64,000 nucleotides of DNA from NCBI RefSeq assembly GCF_000143415.4, contig NW_003314280.1, positions 496,001-560,000 on the forward strand, read 5' to 3'. Under the pieces are notes generated by a model. It worked only from the letters and a program-made list of their open reading frames with translations. It had not been told where the DNA came from and searched no databases. Position numbers and translations under genes: made by a program. This document shows, in pieces, positions 21,042-32,914 of the stretch. This stretch comes from Selaginella moellendorffii. Its lineage: Eukaryota > Plantae > Lycopodiophyta. Within the stretch, counting starts at the first letter, position 1. Each line of letters starts with the position of its first letter.

Positions 21042-24000
21042 TCACGCGACGATGGACCAGTCCGTGAACATAAAAGCAATGCACACGACCGCGCCATCGT
21101 CGTCGAAAACCTTCCAGGCCATTGCTCGATCGTAAGTCACGGGGTGGCCTTTGCTGGACAGACGTATCCCACCGTGGAGATACGCATACCCCTGCGGAGC
21201 ACAAAACCGAAATGATAAGCAACAAGGATGGCAAACAGAAAATCGAGAGAAACGCGTCAAACGACCGTCACTCACCTGATGGATGACTTGCGCAAAGTCG
21301 GAGTAAGCCGTCTCTCTTCCTGTTGCATCGAATGTGCGCTCGTAAGGAAGGCTGTGCAGATCACGCCAAGTGGTTTCCATCATTTCCAGTCCGGCTCTGT
21401 TGGCGAATATGAACTCCGGTATCGCCTGTTTCACATCAACACAAGCTGAGACCATCCGTATCTAGTCTTGAAAGAGAGGCTTTGTCACTCACCTTCCAAG
21501 TGCAGCAAAGGATTGCGTTCTTGTCGTGCCAGAACGCATCGGTGCTCTCCGGTTGGGATTCATTGAACTCCACGTTGAAACTCGCCCTGCAACGTTGCAA
21601 GCCAAGGCTTTAGCGAGAGAACTTTAAAAAACTACGGACGAAGATGTGATGTTTTACCTGTAGCTACGCATTATCTGGAGGGCAAAGATTTTGGCCTCCT
21701 GCTGCTTCGGGCCTTGCTGTGGAGGAGACAGGCGGTACGAGGCCAGTGCCATGGCAATGCTCTGGACGGAAACCATGACGTTTCGGACGTACTGTCGAGC
21801 ACTGGCGATTATCTCCTCACGGTTGTGAGCTTCAAACACGAACTGAAAGGCCATGGTCAAGACGGAGCGCATGTTGCCTCCTGAACCAGAAAAATCGTCG
21901 GGAAACTTTCCGCCGTCAGCACTCCCTTCGAGTGTCGAAGTGAGATCTAGAGTGCGAGACAAGGCTGACGCATCCTGCAAGACAATGCTCGTTAGTCACC
22001 AAGAAACTAAACCGTGGAACACCTACAAGGCCGTTGTCAAGGGGAATAACTCGAAATCCCGACGGAAGAAGGGGGATATCGTTCGAAACAGCTGGATCAA
22101 CCGGTGCAAACACAAGCTGAGCACACGTCCCAGATGCAGTGTCTTCGTATCCAGTACATAACTGCATCCAAGTTTATTATATCACGTCTCAGATAAGTTA
22201 TTCGTCCGTATACCTGGAGAAGGACCGTGTCTTTTGGGAGCATTCCGTTCCCATATCCTTCCATCTTGATAACTTCCAGCAGCTGTATGACGCGATCATA
22301 ATTATAAGCGGCACAGTTCTCTAATGCATAACCAGTACCTCTGGAAAAAGACACTCCTCATCAGCATTCCCTTTCGACGTACCGTATCCACCAATCTTTA
22401 AAGTAGATACGGAGTCCGAGGCAATGTTAACTCCAGCCCACTCTGAGCGGTGCTCACGCAAGAAGCGAATCAGCGTAGCCGCGGGCACATTCTGCAGTAA
22501 AGGAATTCAGAGTCGGATGAACGAAAAGACAAAAACACGATTAGACCTGTAGAAGCATGGATGACTTAGCACACAAGATGCCACCGAAGGCACAGAACCT
22601 ATCACCGCCCTGAGCACCAGCAGCTTTTGCACCCAGTGCCGTATTGATTGAGATTGTAACATCATCGCCACCATCAGAAGTCCAGCCATCTTCTGCGAAA
22701 GCGTTAACTGCATCGTTAAATCCCCTGCATATACGACTCAATGTGAGTATCTTTTCCGTTGTGGCAGCACCTCACCTTGCAATGCGGTGACTAAATGCAC
22801 GTAAAGCAGCTGGCTGTTGCCCGCCTCTCATCAACACTTCACCGGACGACTCTTGCGAAATCCGCTTCAGATGGTGCAAAGCCTGCTTGAGAAGATGAGA
22901 CATTGCTTGAAGACTACCAACACATTACCCCGAGAGTAACTCGCTGAGCAAGGATGACGGACGACTCGTACAAAGGTCGCAGCACCTCCAGCACTTTCCA
23001 CGACTGAAACAAGAGAATTCATCAACCGTAAACACAAACAATCTACACTACCTCCAAATCCCAATGATCAACAACGTGGATGCTGGAGACACCACCCTCA
23101 TAAGGCCTGATGAGAAATCCACTCGGCAACATCTCTGCCCTCTCAAAGTCGCCATTTTTAATAGCTGGTTTGTTGTGAATGCCAGTTAGCGATCTCTCAC
23201 AAACCTGCAAGAAAAATTACAACTAATTCCCGAGAGCATTAACAAAGTTTGACATACAGCTAAACTCCTGTCCTCAAGAAAGATGGTATATCGCAACGTC
23301 CAAAAGTCGCGCGCAGGAGCTAGCGTTGTGGGAGCATACATCTGCAAGATCAGGTATATTTGAGCGCAAAGCACTGCCAGTCGCCGCCTTACCTGAGTGT
23401 AGACAAGTTCTAGAGTCCCACCATTTGGAGTAGGAAACGATCCCACAACTTCCAAACGACGACAGTCCCACAGCCAAGAGGGACGATCTTTCAGTATTTC
23501 CGCGACCTGCTCATGCATATCCATGTCAAAAAAGCACAATAGAATAGAAAACATTACCCTGATGGGCTCCAACTCTACTAAACCCCAAGCGCGAGCAGCT
23601 ATACCAGCACCAGCATGTGAGATGGCTGCAGTGCCAATTGAATCCGGACCAGGCTGCAAGAAAAAAAGTCGAGTTGTCAGACACGAGTTATCCGCTGGAA
23701 AGGAAAAAAAGGAGAAAAACGCATGCCTTCATCCCAGGAATCTGGATCCAGTCCACCGCAGTTCCTGTTGCCTTTGCAAGAAATGAGTTCAAAGTCTCCT
23801 CTGCAATGCTCAACAGTCTGCAAACGAGACAAAACACCTTGAGATAAACGACCAGCTTTTTCCAAGTATTCTCACCCAGCGGGGCTTGAATCTCGTGGAC
23901 TCTGAGGTGTAATTGCTAAATGTTGAGGCACTCCTCCAGTAACCTCCGAATCGGGGCTTCTGTCAGCCAAAGCCAACGCTGACTGCTCACACACACACAA

Positions 24001-24810
24001 CAAACGGACACATCCAGCAAACAAACGTTACGTAAGCTCTTTAAAAAAACAAAGCACCACCTTCATGAATATCAAATCTCTCACCCAGATGCTCTCACTC
24101 ACCTGATCATTAAATCGGTCAGCAGCCGCGGCGGACTTTTTATCAGGATCCGCGGCGCCACCACCACTTCGGATCTGCTGGAGCTGCTGACGGAGGCACT
24201 GATTCTCCAGAGCCAGCTGCGAGCTATGCTTCGTAAGTCGCTCGTTTTCCTCCATTATAATCTTGTTCATGGCCGTGAGCGACGAATTCACGCTTTGGAG
24301 CCGAGACGTCTCTTTTCTCTGCTTCTCACGGCATCTGAAACAACACCAAGGGGAGAGGAAAAGTTAAAAAATGGAAAAGCGAAACAGCACTAGAGAACAG
24401 TGATTCAAACAAAGCATAAAAAAGGTTCTAGCGAGAGTCAATAACATCTGGCTTGAAAGATTGCTGCTGAGAGCGACAACAAGTATCCAATCCAACCCAC
24501 AAAGGAAAACTTCCTCTCACGCATCACCAATCTCACACTCAAGTTCTAGAGCAGCCAATCTCACACCAAGTTCTAGAGCAACACGAAAGTTCCTACGTAA
24601 GATGGAAACATACCTTCTATTCTGGAACCACACTTTGATCTGCCTGGGCTCGATGTTGCCAAGAACCGGGTAGTCCCTCACAATCTGCTGCCTCCGGATG
24701 GAGCTGGGCTTGGGACACTCATGGTAGACGCGCTCCAATGCCTCCACCTGTTCGGGAGTGTAGCGGATGTACTTGCCGGTGTCGAAATCGCTCTTGTCTT
24801 TCACCTTCAT
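21042..24810 (-). CDS. Class III HD-Zip transcription factor (homeodomain, leucine zipper, START, MEKHLA)
   Basis: GKYIRYTPEQVEALERVYHECPKPS..WFQNRR; KATGTAVDW..PGMKPGPDSIG; LAPARDFWTLRY; FANRAGLEMMET. Confidence 0.96.
23645..23736 (-). promoter_or_regulatory. miR165/166 target site split by a 73-nt GC-AG intron (23654-23726)
   Basis: Spliced sequence GGGATGAAG|CCTGGTCCGG; donor reads GCATGC. Confidence 0.85.
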
Positions 24811-27471
24811 CCTTGCAAAGGCGCCCTTGGCGCTCGAGGCTAGTACACGAGGAGACGAAGAAGAAACGCGCTGGAAAGGAAGGAGGAGAATCTTTCAGCA
24901 CGCCCAGCCAAGGACGCCTGGATGGCCTCTACATGCTGCGCGCTATCAAGCGCTCCGGCCAGCGAAAGAGAGGACGAAGAGCAAGCCCGGGCAGCGCGCC
25001 GCCATGGAAATATTTCGGCCTCTATCGATCGATGCCAGACTCCCTGCAATGCAGCTCCCGGCGCGTGGATCTTGGAGCGAGGAGGCCGCGGCTGAGCAGC
25101 AGCGATGCAGCGGATGGAATGCCGCCCGGGCGAGCAAGAAAGAGCCAAGCCAAACCAAGGATCGCTGCGCGCGCTCGAAATATCTCTCCGCCCTGGCGCA
25201 GCCGATCGATTCGCGCTTGGAAAGATCAGAGGAAGTGCATCTTGGAGCTGAATCTTAGAGCGCCGCTCGTCATGATAGCAGATCCAGCGACATCCTCTTA
25301 AAAACAAGAAAGAAGAAACAGTGATCTATGATCCAAGACGCGAGATGCGCACAAAGAGAGAGAGGCAACAAGAGGAGCGCAGTGGGGCAAAAATGAGAAG
25401 AACACGCGGAGGAGCGAACAAGAACATTAGAGAGAGAGCTATAGCTATGGCCGACGATGCCACGCCATGCCTCGGACATACGGCCACCATACGCGAGCCA
25501 CATGCATACATGATCATCCTGCATACGTATATTTAACTATTAAAAGTGCGTGTACGGAGGGATACGCGTGGAATAAAACAAGCAAAAAATAACTGCTACG
25601 GCTTCAGTTAAGTAAGCCGCCGGACCAGTTAAGTAAAACACCGGCGCGCTAACGTTTGTCCTAAACAAAACCCGGAGATTAGGATTAAGATGATAATGTC
25701 CGTACCCCCCGCGACAGGGACCGTACAGGGACCCCGAATAAAAACTTTGTTCTGTTGCTGCTGCTGCTGCTGGTTCTGGCACTTTCATTGAATGTCGTGT
25801 CGAATCCATTCCTTCTCGCGTATGATCCATCCATCCATTGCTTAACAAATCGTTTTTTACGAGTAAAGAAACTTGCAAATTCGATCGCCCAAATCCCATA
25901 CTTTCGATCAGGTTAGAAAAACCCAGGATTTAACCCTGTGCCTTTCGCGTGTGGATGGATCCTCTGCCGAATTCAATGCCCAAGGAGGAAGTGTTCTTCA
26001 GAGGCGCGATTTGGGCTGACCGAGTAGCAGCAATTGCAGTAGCAGCAGCAGCGCTAGCAGCAGCGAGAGAAAATTCCAAATGCCATGGGATGGATCCAAT
26101 CAATTCAACCAACTTGATTGCCGGGATAGGAACTCGTTGTCACCGTCTCACAACTTAAAGCACTGCTTAATTGTTGCTTCATCCATCCATCCTCTTCCCC
26201 TCCTCTCTGTGGATCTCGGACGAAGGGCTCGCTCCTCTGCGCTCGCTTTGACCCCGCGGGCGAAGAACTCGGAGCAGGAAAGAAACCGGTGGATGGAAAC
26301 AGGGACTTTGATTGATTGACTGATTTCGATTGCCGTGTCTTTGTGTAGTGTTCTTGGTCTGGATCCGCCCCTTGCTCGCTAAGATTTCTAGGCACAACGA
26401 TTAGACGTGTAGCTCGCACCAGTATAGCGAGCATGAGCTCACACACACAAAGACCCTCTCTCCAGTCGATCGCTTTCGCCATCGCTCCTGCCTAGGAGGC
26501 GTCTCTTTCGTATCAGTTCCACAGTTTTCTTCTTCCTCCTCCTCGCACAAGAGATAAATCCCATCCACACTTTCGTAGCCCAGCAAGTAGAAGACCGAAA
26601 ACGAAAAAGTTCGATCTCATTCGAGCTACACAGCTACGACGACCTCCCGCGAGCGAACGAGCGAGCGAGCGATCTGCTCGGCGCTACTCATAATCCTACC
26701 GCCCGTACAACGACGTCGCGGAAGAAAATCTCTCCGCAACTGTGATTGATTCTACGTTAAGACCGGCGTACAATCCTTTGATCTTCCGTTCGAGCGAGTA
26801 AAAGAACTTATAGCGTAGACTCATACTTGTGTGTGTGTGTGTGTGGGGCTGATGCGTAGCTCGTAGAGCCCTATTTGCGAAATCTTTGTTGTTGACTTGT
26901 GCCGCTAGAAATCTTTAATTCGCTCGAGAGATGGGGGAGCGGGAGATCATCGAAATCCATGCGTTTGCGTTTCTCAGTGTTCTCACCCCCTGGCCAGCCA
27001 AACAAAACAACATTGGCACCACTGTACGGAGGAGCGCACTTTTTCATTGTCCGCCACCTTTGCGCCCGTGATTGCTGTCTCTTTTAGTTTTTTGGCACCG
27101 CCTTGCCTGGCATGCTGGAGTTGCGTATGATTTTTCCCATGAATTGTTTACATCGGGGGGGCTTAGATCCTGCCGAGAGCTCCAGGTTTGAATGGATCGA
27201 GGGCGCTCTAAGTTTACAAAATTTTTAGAGAGTGTGTGTGATGTGGGAGTGACAAGCAGTGGGGGGGCATCTTGGGAAGAGGGGAAGGGGGCCGCCCAGC
27301 AAGCACCAAAAGAAAAAGGGCGACTGGATTTGCCCCTGCCGCGGCTTGCCAGCTTAATGTATCTAGTCGCAATGGGGGCATCTCAATCATCTGTGCAGCG
27401 TCCGTACGCCTAAGCGTGCTTTCTCTCCTTTTCCTGAGATCCGAGCTCCCAACGAGACTCCCAGTCCACTC

Positions 27472-27497
27472 TGTGTGTGTGTGTGTGTGTGTGTGTG
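27472..27497 (+). repeat. (TG)n microsatellite
   Basis: Direct reading. Confidence 0.8.
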
Positions 27498-28695
27498 ATA
27501 GCTCAGTCTGTCTGGCAAGAAAGAGAATTTTATTTTATTTTATTTTTTGTTTAACTGTTTTTTTTGGCTTTTTCTTACTTTTGTTAATTTTTTAGCTTTT
27601 TGTTTTTTCTTGCAGAAAAGGCAAAAATCTGCTCTGCCTGGGGCGGCTCCAGGCCTACTGAATCTCCGAGGAGGATCGCCAGCCCACGCGGCGTACGAAA
27701 CGGTATGGCACAAATGCGCCACATGGCCCATGGCGGGCAGACAGAGATCCTGCGTCGACGTCACGGATGCGTGGGTGGTATCCTGCGGCGCCCTAAAAGC
27801 ATATGCTATGCCACCTTTTGCGAAAACTTGAAGCTGTGTAATCTCTTTCTTGATCTCCTCCTTGACTGGAGCGCTTAAATGTGGCCACTCCCCTTTTAAT
27901 TTCTAGGTAGTGCAGAAACAGCTCAGCGGTAACCCCACCAGGCCTTACGGCATACGAACTCTGTCTGTCTCTTATCCATGAATGAAAAGAAAAGAAAAGA
28001 AAAGAAAAACAAAAGAGGAAAAATTAGTAAAGAATCAAAAGAAAATGCCAGCCGAAATTCTCGAGAACAAGTTTTGGAAACAAATCCCGACGCCAACAAC
28101 AAAAACTATTCAGGCCGACAGCGATGGATAGATATATTGGATATATTATTAACTATACATTAGCACTACTCCTTGTAGCACGGAAGCACACAAGTCCCGT
28201 GGAATGAGAAGATTCACGGGAATGTGCCGCAGCCTGGCATTTTGCAAGCGTAATCTTTGGGCCTGCAAATGGGGAATATGGGTCTAGACTAAACAAGGGC
28301 AAGCTTACTGTGCGACCCGACCGCTTTCCAGCATTCAGGAAGTAGTAAAATGCCCACTCACCCGTCTCCACAACCCTAGAAACCAATTTTATATGGGAAA
28401 AAGGGGGGGTGGCAGAGCGTGATCCCTATTTCCCAGCGATGTTGCACGAAGAAGCAGACAAAAGCTAGGAGGCACCCAAGAACGCGAAAAGTAAAGAAAG
28501 CCGCAGCTGCACCACCACCACCTTGCACAAAAAATCAGAAGCCGCCAGCGCGCCAGCCAGCGGAGATCTAACGCTAGATTCGAATGTGCCAGTCGCCGAC
28601 TGTAAAAAATGTACATAATATTATTTGTTTTACTGCGCATGGAGAAAAACGTTACGCTCCAGCAACATGATGCCATGTGGCATGGACAGCAAACC

Positions 28696-28767
28696 GGGGT
28701 ATTCCGAGAATCGAACTCGGGACCTCTCGCACCCGAAGCGAGAATCATACCACTAGACCAAATACCC
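28696..28767 (-). tRNA. tRNA-Pro(CGG)
   Basis: GGGTATTTGGTCTAGTGGTATGATTCTCGCTTCGGGTGCGAGAGGTCCCGAGTTCGATTCTCGGAATACCCC; cloverleaf with CGG anticodon. Confidence 0.95.
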
Positions 28768-28904
28768 ATTTCGTTGTTATTATCATTCAATTTATCACAA
28801 CCCTAAACCCTATAAACCCCACACTATCCACTATCTTACACAAACTTTTAGAACGAACGAGAGAGAAAACGAGAGAGCAACGAAAGAGAAAAAGAGAAGC
28901 TCTT

Positions 28905-31900
28905 TCACACAAACATATGAAGCTCGGGCCGGCTGTAGATGTTCCTCTCGTCATCGTCGAGAATCGGATACGCCGCAACCAGCCCGTCCTGCGACCCGAT
29001 GTAGAGCGAGTTGTAAATCTTCCAGTACACCTCGCGGACCTTCCTCGCCGGATGGAACAGCCCCTGGAGGCAGTAGCTCAGCACGATCACTGGCCCCAGC
29101 GACACCCGCATCGCCTCGATCGCCTCCATCACCGCGTTGATTACGTGCGGCGACGTCTCGAAGATGTTCGGCCACACGTAGTTCATGAGATGGATGAGCG
29201 CGTCCTCGCACCCCAGCCCCGCCACCCCGAGCGCCATATGCTTCACCGCCGACGCCGCCGTCTGCCTGTGCACCAGGTCCCTGTCCATGAGCGCGTCCTC
29301 GAGCAGCGGCGTCACCGCGTAGATGTAGTCCTTCCCCATCTCGCCGATGTACTCGAACAGGAACGAGAGCGACTTGAGCACGCCGTTCTGGACGTTGAGC
29401 TCCGGGACCCGGTACTCGTTCATCAGCGCCGGCAGCACCGTGAAGGGCGAGCACGTCTCCGCCACGATGGCGATCGCCACCGTCGTGCACACCCGGTTCT
29501 GCCGCTCCTGCACCTTCAGATTGTTGAGCAGCGTCGCCAGCACGTCCTGCGGACCGATCGCCTTGGCGATGTAGCCGAACGTGTTCACCGTCGCGCGCCG
29601 GATCCCCTTCTTGTGCGCCTTGAGCATCTCCAGCAGCTCGAAGCAGATGCGCATCCACTCGCGCGCCGGGACGTAGTCGGCGCCGCGGTCCGCGATCCGG
29701 CCAACCAGGTCGATGCAGTTCTCCTGGACCTTCTCGTGCCTGTTCTTGAGGATGGGAGTGAGCCGCGGTAGCAGGTCCTTGATCGGGGGCGTCATCTTCG
29801 ACATGCCAATCACGTTGACGATGGCTTTCAGCGCGCCCAATATGGAGCCCAGCACCTCCGGGTACTCCTCACCCAGGTATTCGTACAGCACCACGCCTAA
29901 GTGTCCCATGAGCTGCTCCTCACCGCACTGCTTCATCACCACCGCGATCCGGGAGATCAAGTCCGCCGCCTGCTGCCGGACCTTTGCGCTCTTGTTGTTG
30001 AGCCGCCACTTGATCGTCCCGCATATCTGAGGCAAGTATGGCTTCGCGCGCTGGCCCATCGCGTTCACCACGGCTCCGAAACCGTTGAGCATCACGTTCG
30101 CGTCGTCGCTCGTCTGCTCCTGGAACGCGTACAGGATCCCGTCCACCAGAAACTCCTCCAGCCGGGAGTCGATGTCCGAAGCCCCCAGGTTGGACACCAC
30201 CTTCTCGATCGTTTCCATAACCATCCGCCTGTACGGCTCGCTCTCGTCCTTAAGATCTTCCACCACCCTGCTCACGATGTCCGAGACACCAACTTTGTTG
30301 GCAATCTCCACGGTGGTGTCGACCAGCTGCCTGTAGTTCCTGCGGTCCAATGCCATCCTCCTGACCCAAAAGAACTTGAAGTACTGCGGGAGTATCTCTG
30401 TCTTGATGTAGTCCGCTTCCACACCCTCGGTGCTCACGCACTGCTTCACCACCTTTAACACGATCTTCTTCATTTCTTCGTCAGGAGACTGGAATTCCCG
30501 GATCAGGATCACCATGACTTCTTTGGTGTAGTAGTTCGCATAGACTGCATCCATCAGCGGAATGATGAACCCGATGGCCTTCAAGAACGCAGCTAGAACC
30601 TTGCCCCTGTGATTCCTGATGCCCTTCCAGAGAGGCTTCAAAACCGAGTCGAAGCTTTCTATACCGTAAGGCGCGGCAGCCTCGGCCAGAGCAGCCAAGG
30701 AGAGCGCGGTAATAGTCTTCACCTTCTGATTCTCGTCGTTAAGACCGTGCTCGATGATCTCCACCAGTGACTTCAGGTGCGGCAGTACCGCACACCCCAT
30801 GAGAATTGCAATCTGCTGCACGATCTTGATGCCCGTGTGCCGCGCTTGCCACGACTTTTTGCTCTGACACACCGCCTTGAGGAACAGGAGAAGAGCTGGG
30901 ATACCAAGTGCCGAGGCCACAACACTGAACGCTCGAGCCGTAGTGTTTCTTACGTACTCATCGATGTTGTCAATGTCGGGCCTCATTGCAGCGATCATGG
31001 TAGCCAGCCCCGCCGCCTTGCTGAGATTCGAGATTATTTCTCGGCCTTCAACTCGAGCATAATAATCCTCGTCAATCAGCAGTGGCTCAATCACCACCAG
31101 GATCTTGTGCACGAACGGCCTGACCAGCTCGTCCAGTTTGTACAAGACCCTGTCGATGACTTTCACCAGAAGGTGGCGCTCCTGATCCTCAAGCGTGGGA
31201 GACATTAGCAGTGGCAAGATCTGGTTGAACAGTGGACCAGCCCCGAACTCCCGAGCCTTGTCCGTCAGCTGCCTCAAAGCCGTCTTCCTCTGCGGAGGAG
31301 TACCGTTCTTTACCTTAAGTAGGAGCTTCATGATCTTCCTCTCTTTGTTTTCTTCAGGTGACATCTCATGCTCCTCTTTCTCTTGCAGCAGAGCACTGAA
31401 GTACTGGTAGTCCTCGGGCTTGATGAAAGGCAGGCCCTCCGGGGTTTCCTTCGGCACGTCGTACTGCTGGTTGCGATCCTCCTCCGGAATAGAGTACAAA
31501 GGCGTGCCACCCATTGGCGTCGGTGTCGCCAGCAACTTCCTCGCCGGAGTTCTAATAGGCACGTAGGACGCAGGAGCTTCGAGTACCTTGTACCCCTCGG
31601 TCGGAAGAATTGCGTCCAAGTCCTCGTCCGAAAGCGGTCGATTCCGCTCCTCAATGTCTCTCTCCCATCGATACATGTTGTACTGCTCCGGAGTCATGGT
31701 TGCCGCTCGCAGAGCAATCTGTCCGGGAGTAGGAGTCGCAAGGTCGGCACCTCCCATCGGCGTGATCCCCGGAGTGTATCCCAGAGGTGTAGCTCCAAGG
31801 ATTGAAGGAGCACTTCCAACAGGTGTCTCATCCCAGCGAGAACGCTGCTTCTTGGGAGTGGCGGCTCCCGGTACGCCTCCAATGCTGGGTGTAGCATCCC

Positions 31901-32714
31901 ACGCCACGCCAGGACCAGGAGTGACACCACCGCCAGGTCGAGGCGTCTCGTCCCACCGGTTCCGCCTTGGAGTTACAGGAGTCGCATCCGCGGACGCAGC
32001 TTTCCCCGGAGCAGGAGTCGCGTCCCAGCGGCTTGGAGCTGGGGTTGGAGCATCGGGAGCGTCCCACTCTGAGATCTTGGCCTTCTTTGACTCCTCCTCC
32101 TCCTTCGCTAAGTCCCATCTGTTCTTCCGCTTGGCAGCGGCAGCAGCAGCAGCAGCCGCGGACGACAGCTGCGCTTTCGTCGGAGCCTCGGAGGGCTCCT
32201 CTTTCACTTTCTTCTCCGTCTCCTCTTGCTTCTTCTTCGCAATTGCCCGGAGAGTCTCTTCCTTGTCCCGCTTGAGCTTCTCGTCCATCATCACCTCGGC
32301 ATAAGTCCTGGTCGTGGGAGCTGGCGTCTTATCCCCCATGGCGAAGGCATCGTTTCTGTCTGGCGAGAGAGCTCTCTTAAACCTCGACTTGCGGTAGTCA
32401 TCCTCCCTCGCGGCGATGGGCTGCGGCTTCCTAAACCCCAGCTCCTCGTCTGTCACTTCTCCGCGTGGCATCTCCGCTAGCACAGATTTGGGCGCGGTGT
32501 ACGAGCTGAGCTGTCTACGCGATGCGCTAACCTGTTTCTCCCTCTCATTCCCGTCCTGATCCTCCTCCTCCTCGGTCGTGGCGATGGAATTCACATACTC
32601 CATCTTGTCCCCGTACAGATCATTGTCGAAACTTACAGATGAGAGCGCGGCGAGCTCCTGCTGCTTCTGCCGCCGCTCCTCCTGCACGCGCTCGATGTCG
32701 TCGTCCAATGCCAT
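28905..32714 (-). CDS. SF3B1: Splicing factor 3B subunit 1 (intronless CDS, 1269 aa)
   Basis: RWDETP repeats, [15 protein letters not shown] repeats [23 protein letters not shown]..., C-terminal [10 protein letters not shown]. Confidence 0.98.
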   Translation of the reverse strand: MALDDDIERVQEERRQKQQELAALSSVSFDNDLYGDKMEYVNSIATTEEEEDQDGNEREKQVSASRRQLSSYTAPKSVLAEMPRGEVTDEELGFRKPQPIAAREDDYRKSRFKRALSPDRNDAFAMGDKTPAPTTRTYAEVMMDEKLKRDKEETLRAIAKKKQEETEKKVKEEPSEAPTKAQLSSAAAAAAAAAKRKNRWDLAKEEEESKKAKISEWDAPDAPTPAPSRWDATPAPGKAASADATPVTPRRNRWDETPRPGGGVTPGPGVAWDATPSIGGVPGAATPKKQRSRWDETPVGSAPSILGATPLGYTPGITPMGGADLATPTPGQIALRAATMTPEQYNMYRWERDIEERNRPLSDEDLDAILPTEGYKVLEAPASYVPIRTPARKLLATPTPMGGTPLYSIPEEDRNQQYDVPKETPEGLPFIKPEDYQYFSALLQEKEEHEMSPEENKERKIMKLLLKVKNGTPPQRKTALRQLTDKAREFGAGPLFNQILPLLMSPTLEDQERHLLVKVIDRVLYKLDELVRPFVHKILVVIEPLLIDEDYYARVEGREIISNLSKAAGLATMIAAMRPDIDNIDEYVRNTTARAFSVVASALGIPALLLFLKAVCQSKKSWQARHTGIKIVQQIAILMGCAVLPHLKSLVEIIEHGLNDENQKVKTITALSLAALAEAAAPYGIESFDSVLKPLWKGIRNHRGKVLAAFLKAIGFIIPLMDAVYANYYTKEVMVILIREFQSPDEEMKKIVLKVVKQCVSTEGVEADYIKTEILPQYFKFFWVRRMALDRRNYRQLVDTTVEIANKVGVSDIVSRVVEDLKDESEPYRRMVMETIEKVVSNLGASDIDSRLEEFLVDGILYAFQEQTSDDANVMLNGFGAVVNAMGQRAKPYLPQICGTIKWRLNNKSAKVRQQAADLISRIAVVMKQCGEEQLMGHLGVVLYEYLGEEYPEVLGSILGALKAIVNVIGMSKMTPPIKDLLPRLTPILKNRHEKVQENCIDLVGRIADRGADYVPAREWMRICFELLEMLKAHKKGIRRATVNTFGYIAKAIGPQDVLATLLNNLKVQERQNRVCTTVAIAIVAETCSPFTVLPALMNEYRVPELNVQNGVLKSLSFLFEYIGEMGKDYIYAVTPLLEDALMDRDLVHRQTAASAVKHMALGVAGLGCEDALIHLMNYVWPNIFETSPHVINAVMEAIEAMRVSLGPVIVLSYCLQGLFHPARKVREVYWKIYNSLYIGSQDGLVAAYPILDDDERNIYSRPELHMFV

Positions 32715-32914
32715 AGCTGGGAAGAATCCACACAGAGTGAAACCAAGAGCGCCAAGAGCGCCAAGAGCGCCAAGAACCCTACCTGGAAATGCGACGCCCT
32801 AAACTCCCAGGATACCCTAGCGCGCAAGGCCTATCTTTATAGTAGTGGAATGGACGGTTACGATCGTCTCACATACAACCAACGGCTGCTGACTTGCTTT
32901 CTTAGGAATATGCT

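Noticed and set aside
24811-28600. Short ORFs or miRNA precursor upstream of the HD-ZIP III gene
   Set aside because: No recognisable protein motif, known miRNA or long hairpin by eye; looks like 5'UTR, introns and promoter with microsatellites.
28677-29771. 364-aa plus-strand ORF and other long ORFs antisense to SF3B1
   Set aside because: Shadow frames caused by very high GC at third codon positions of SF3B1; the ORF also runs through the tRNA-Pro gene.
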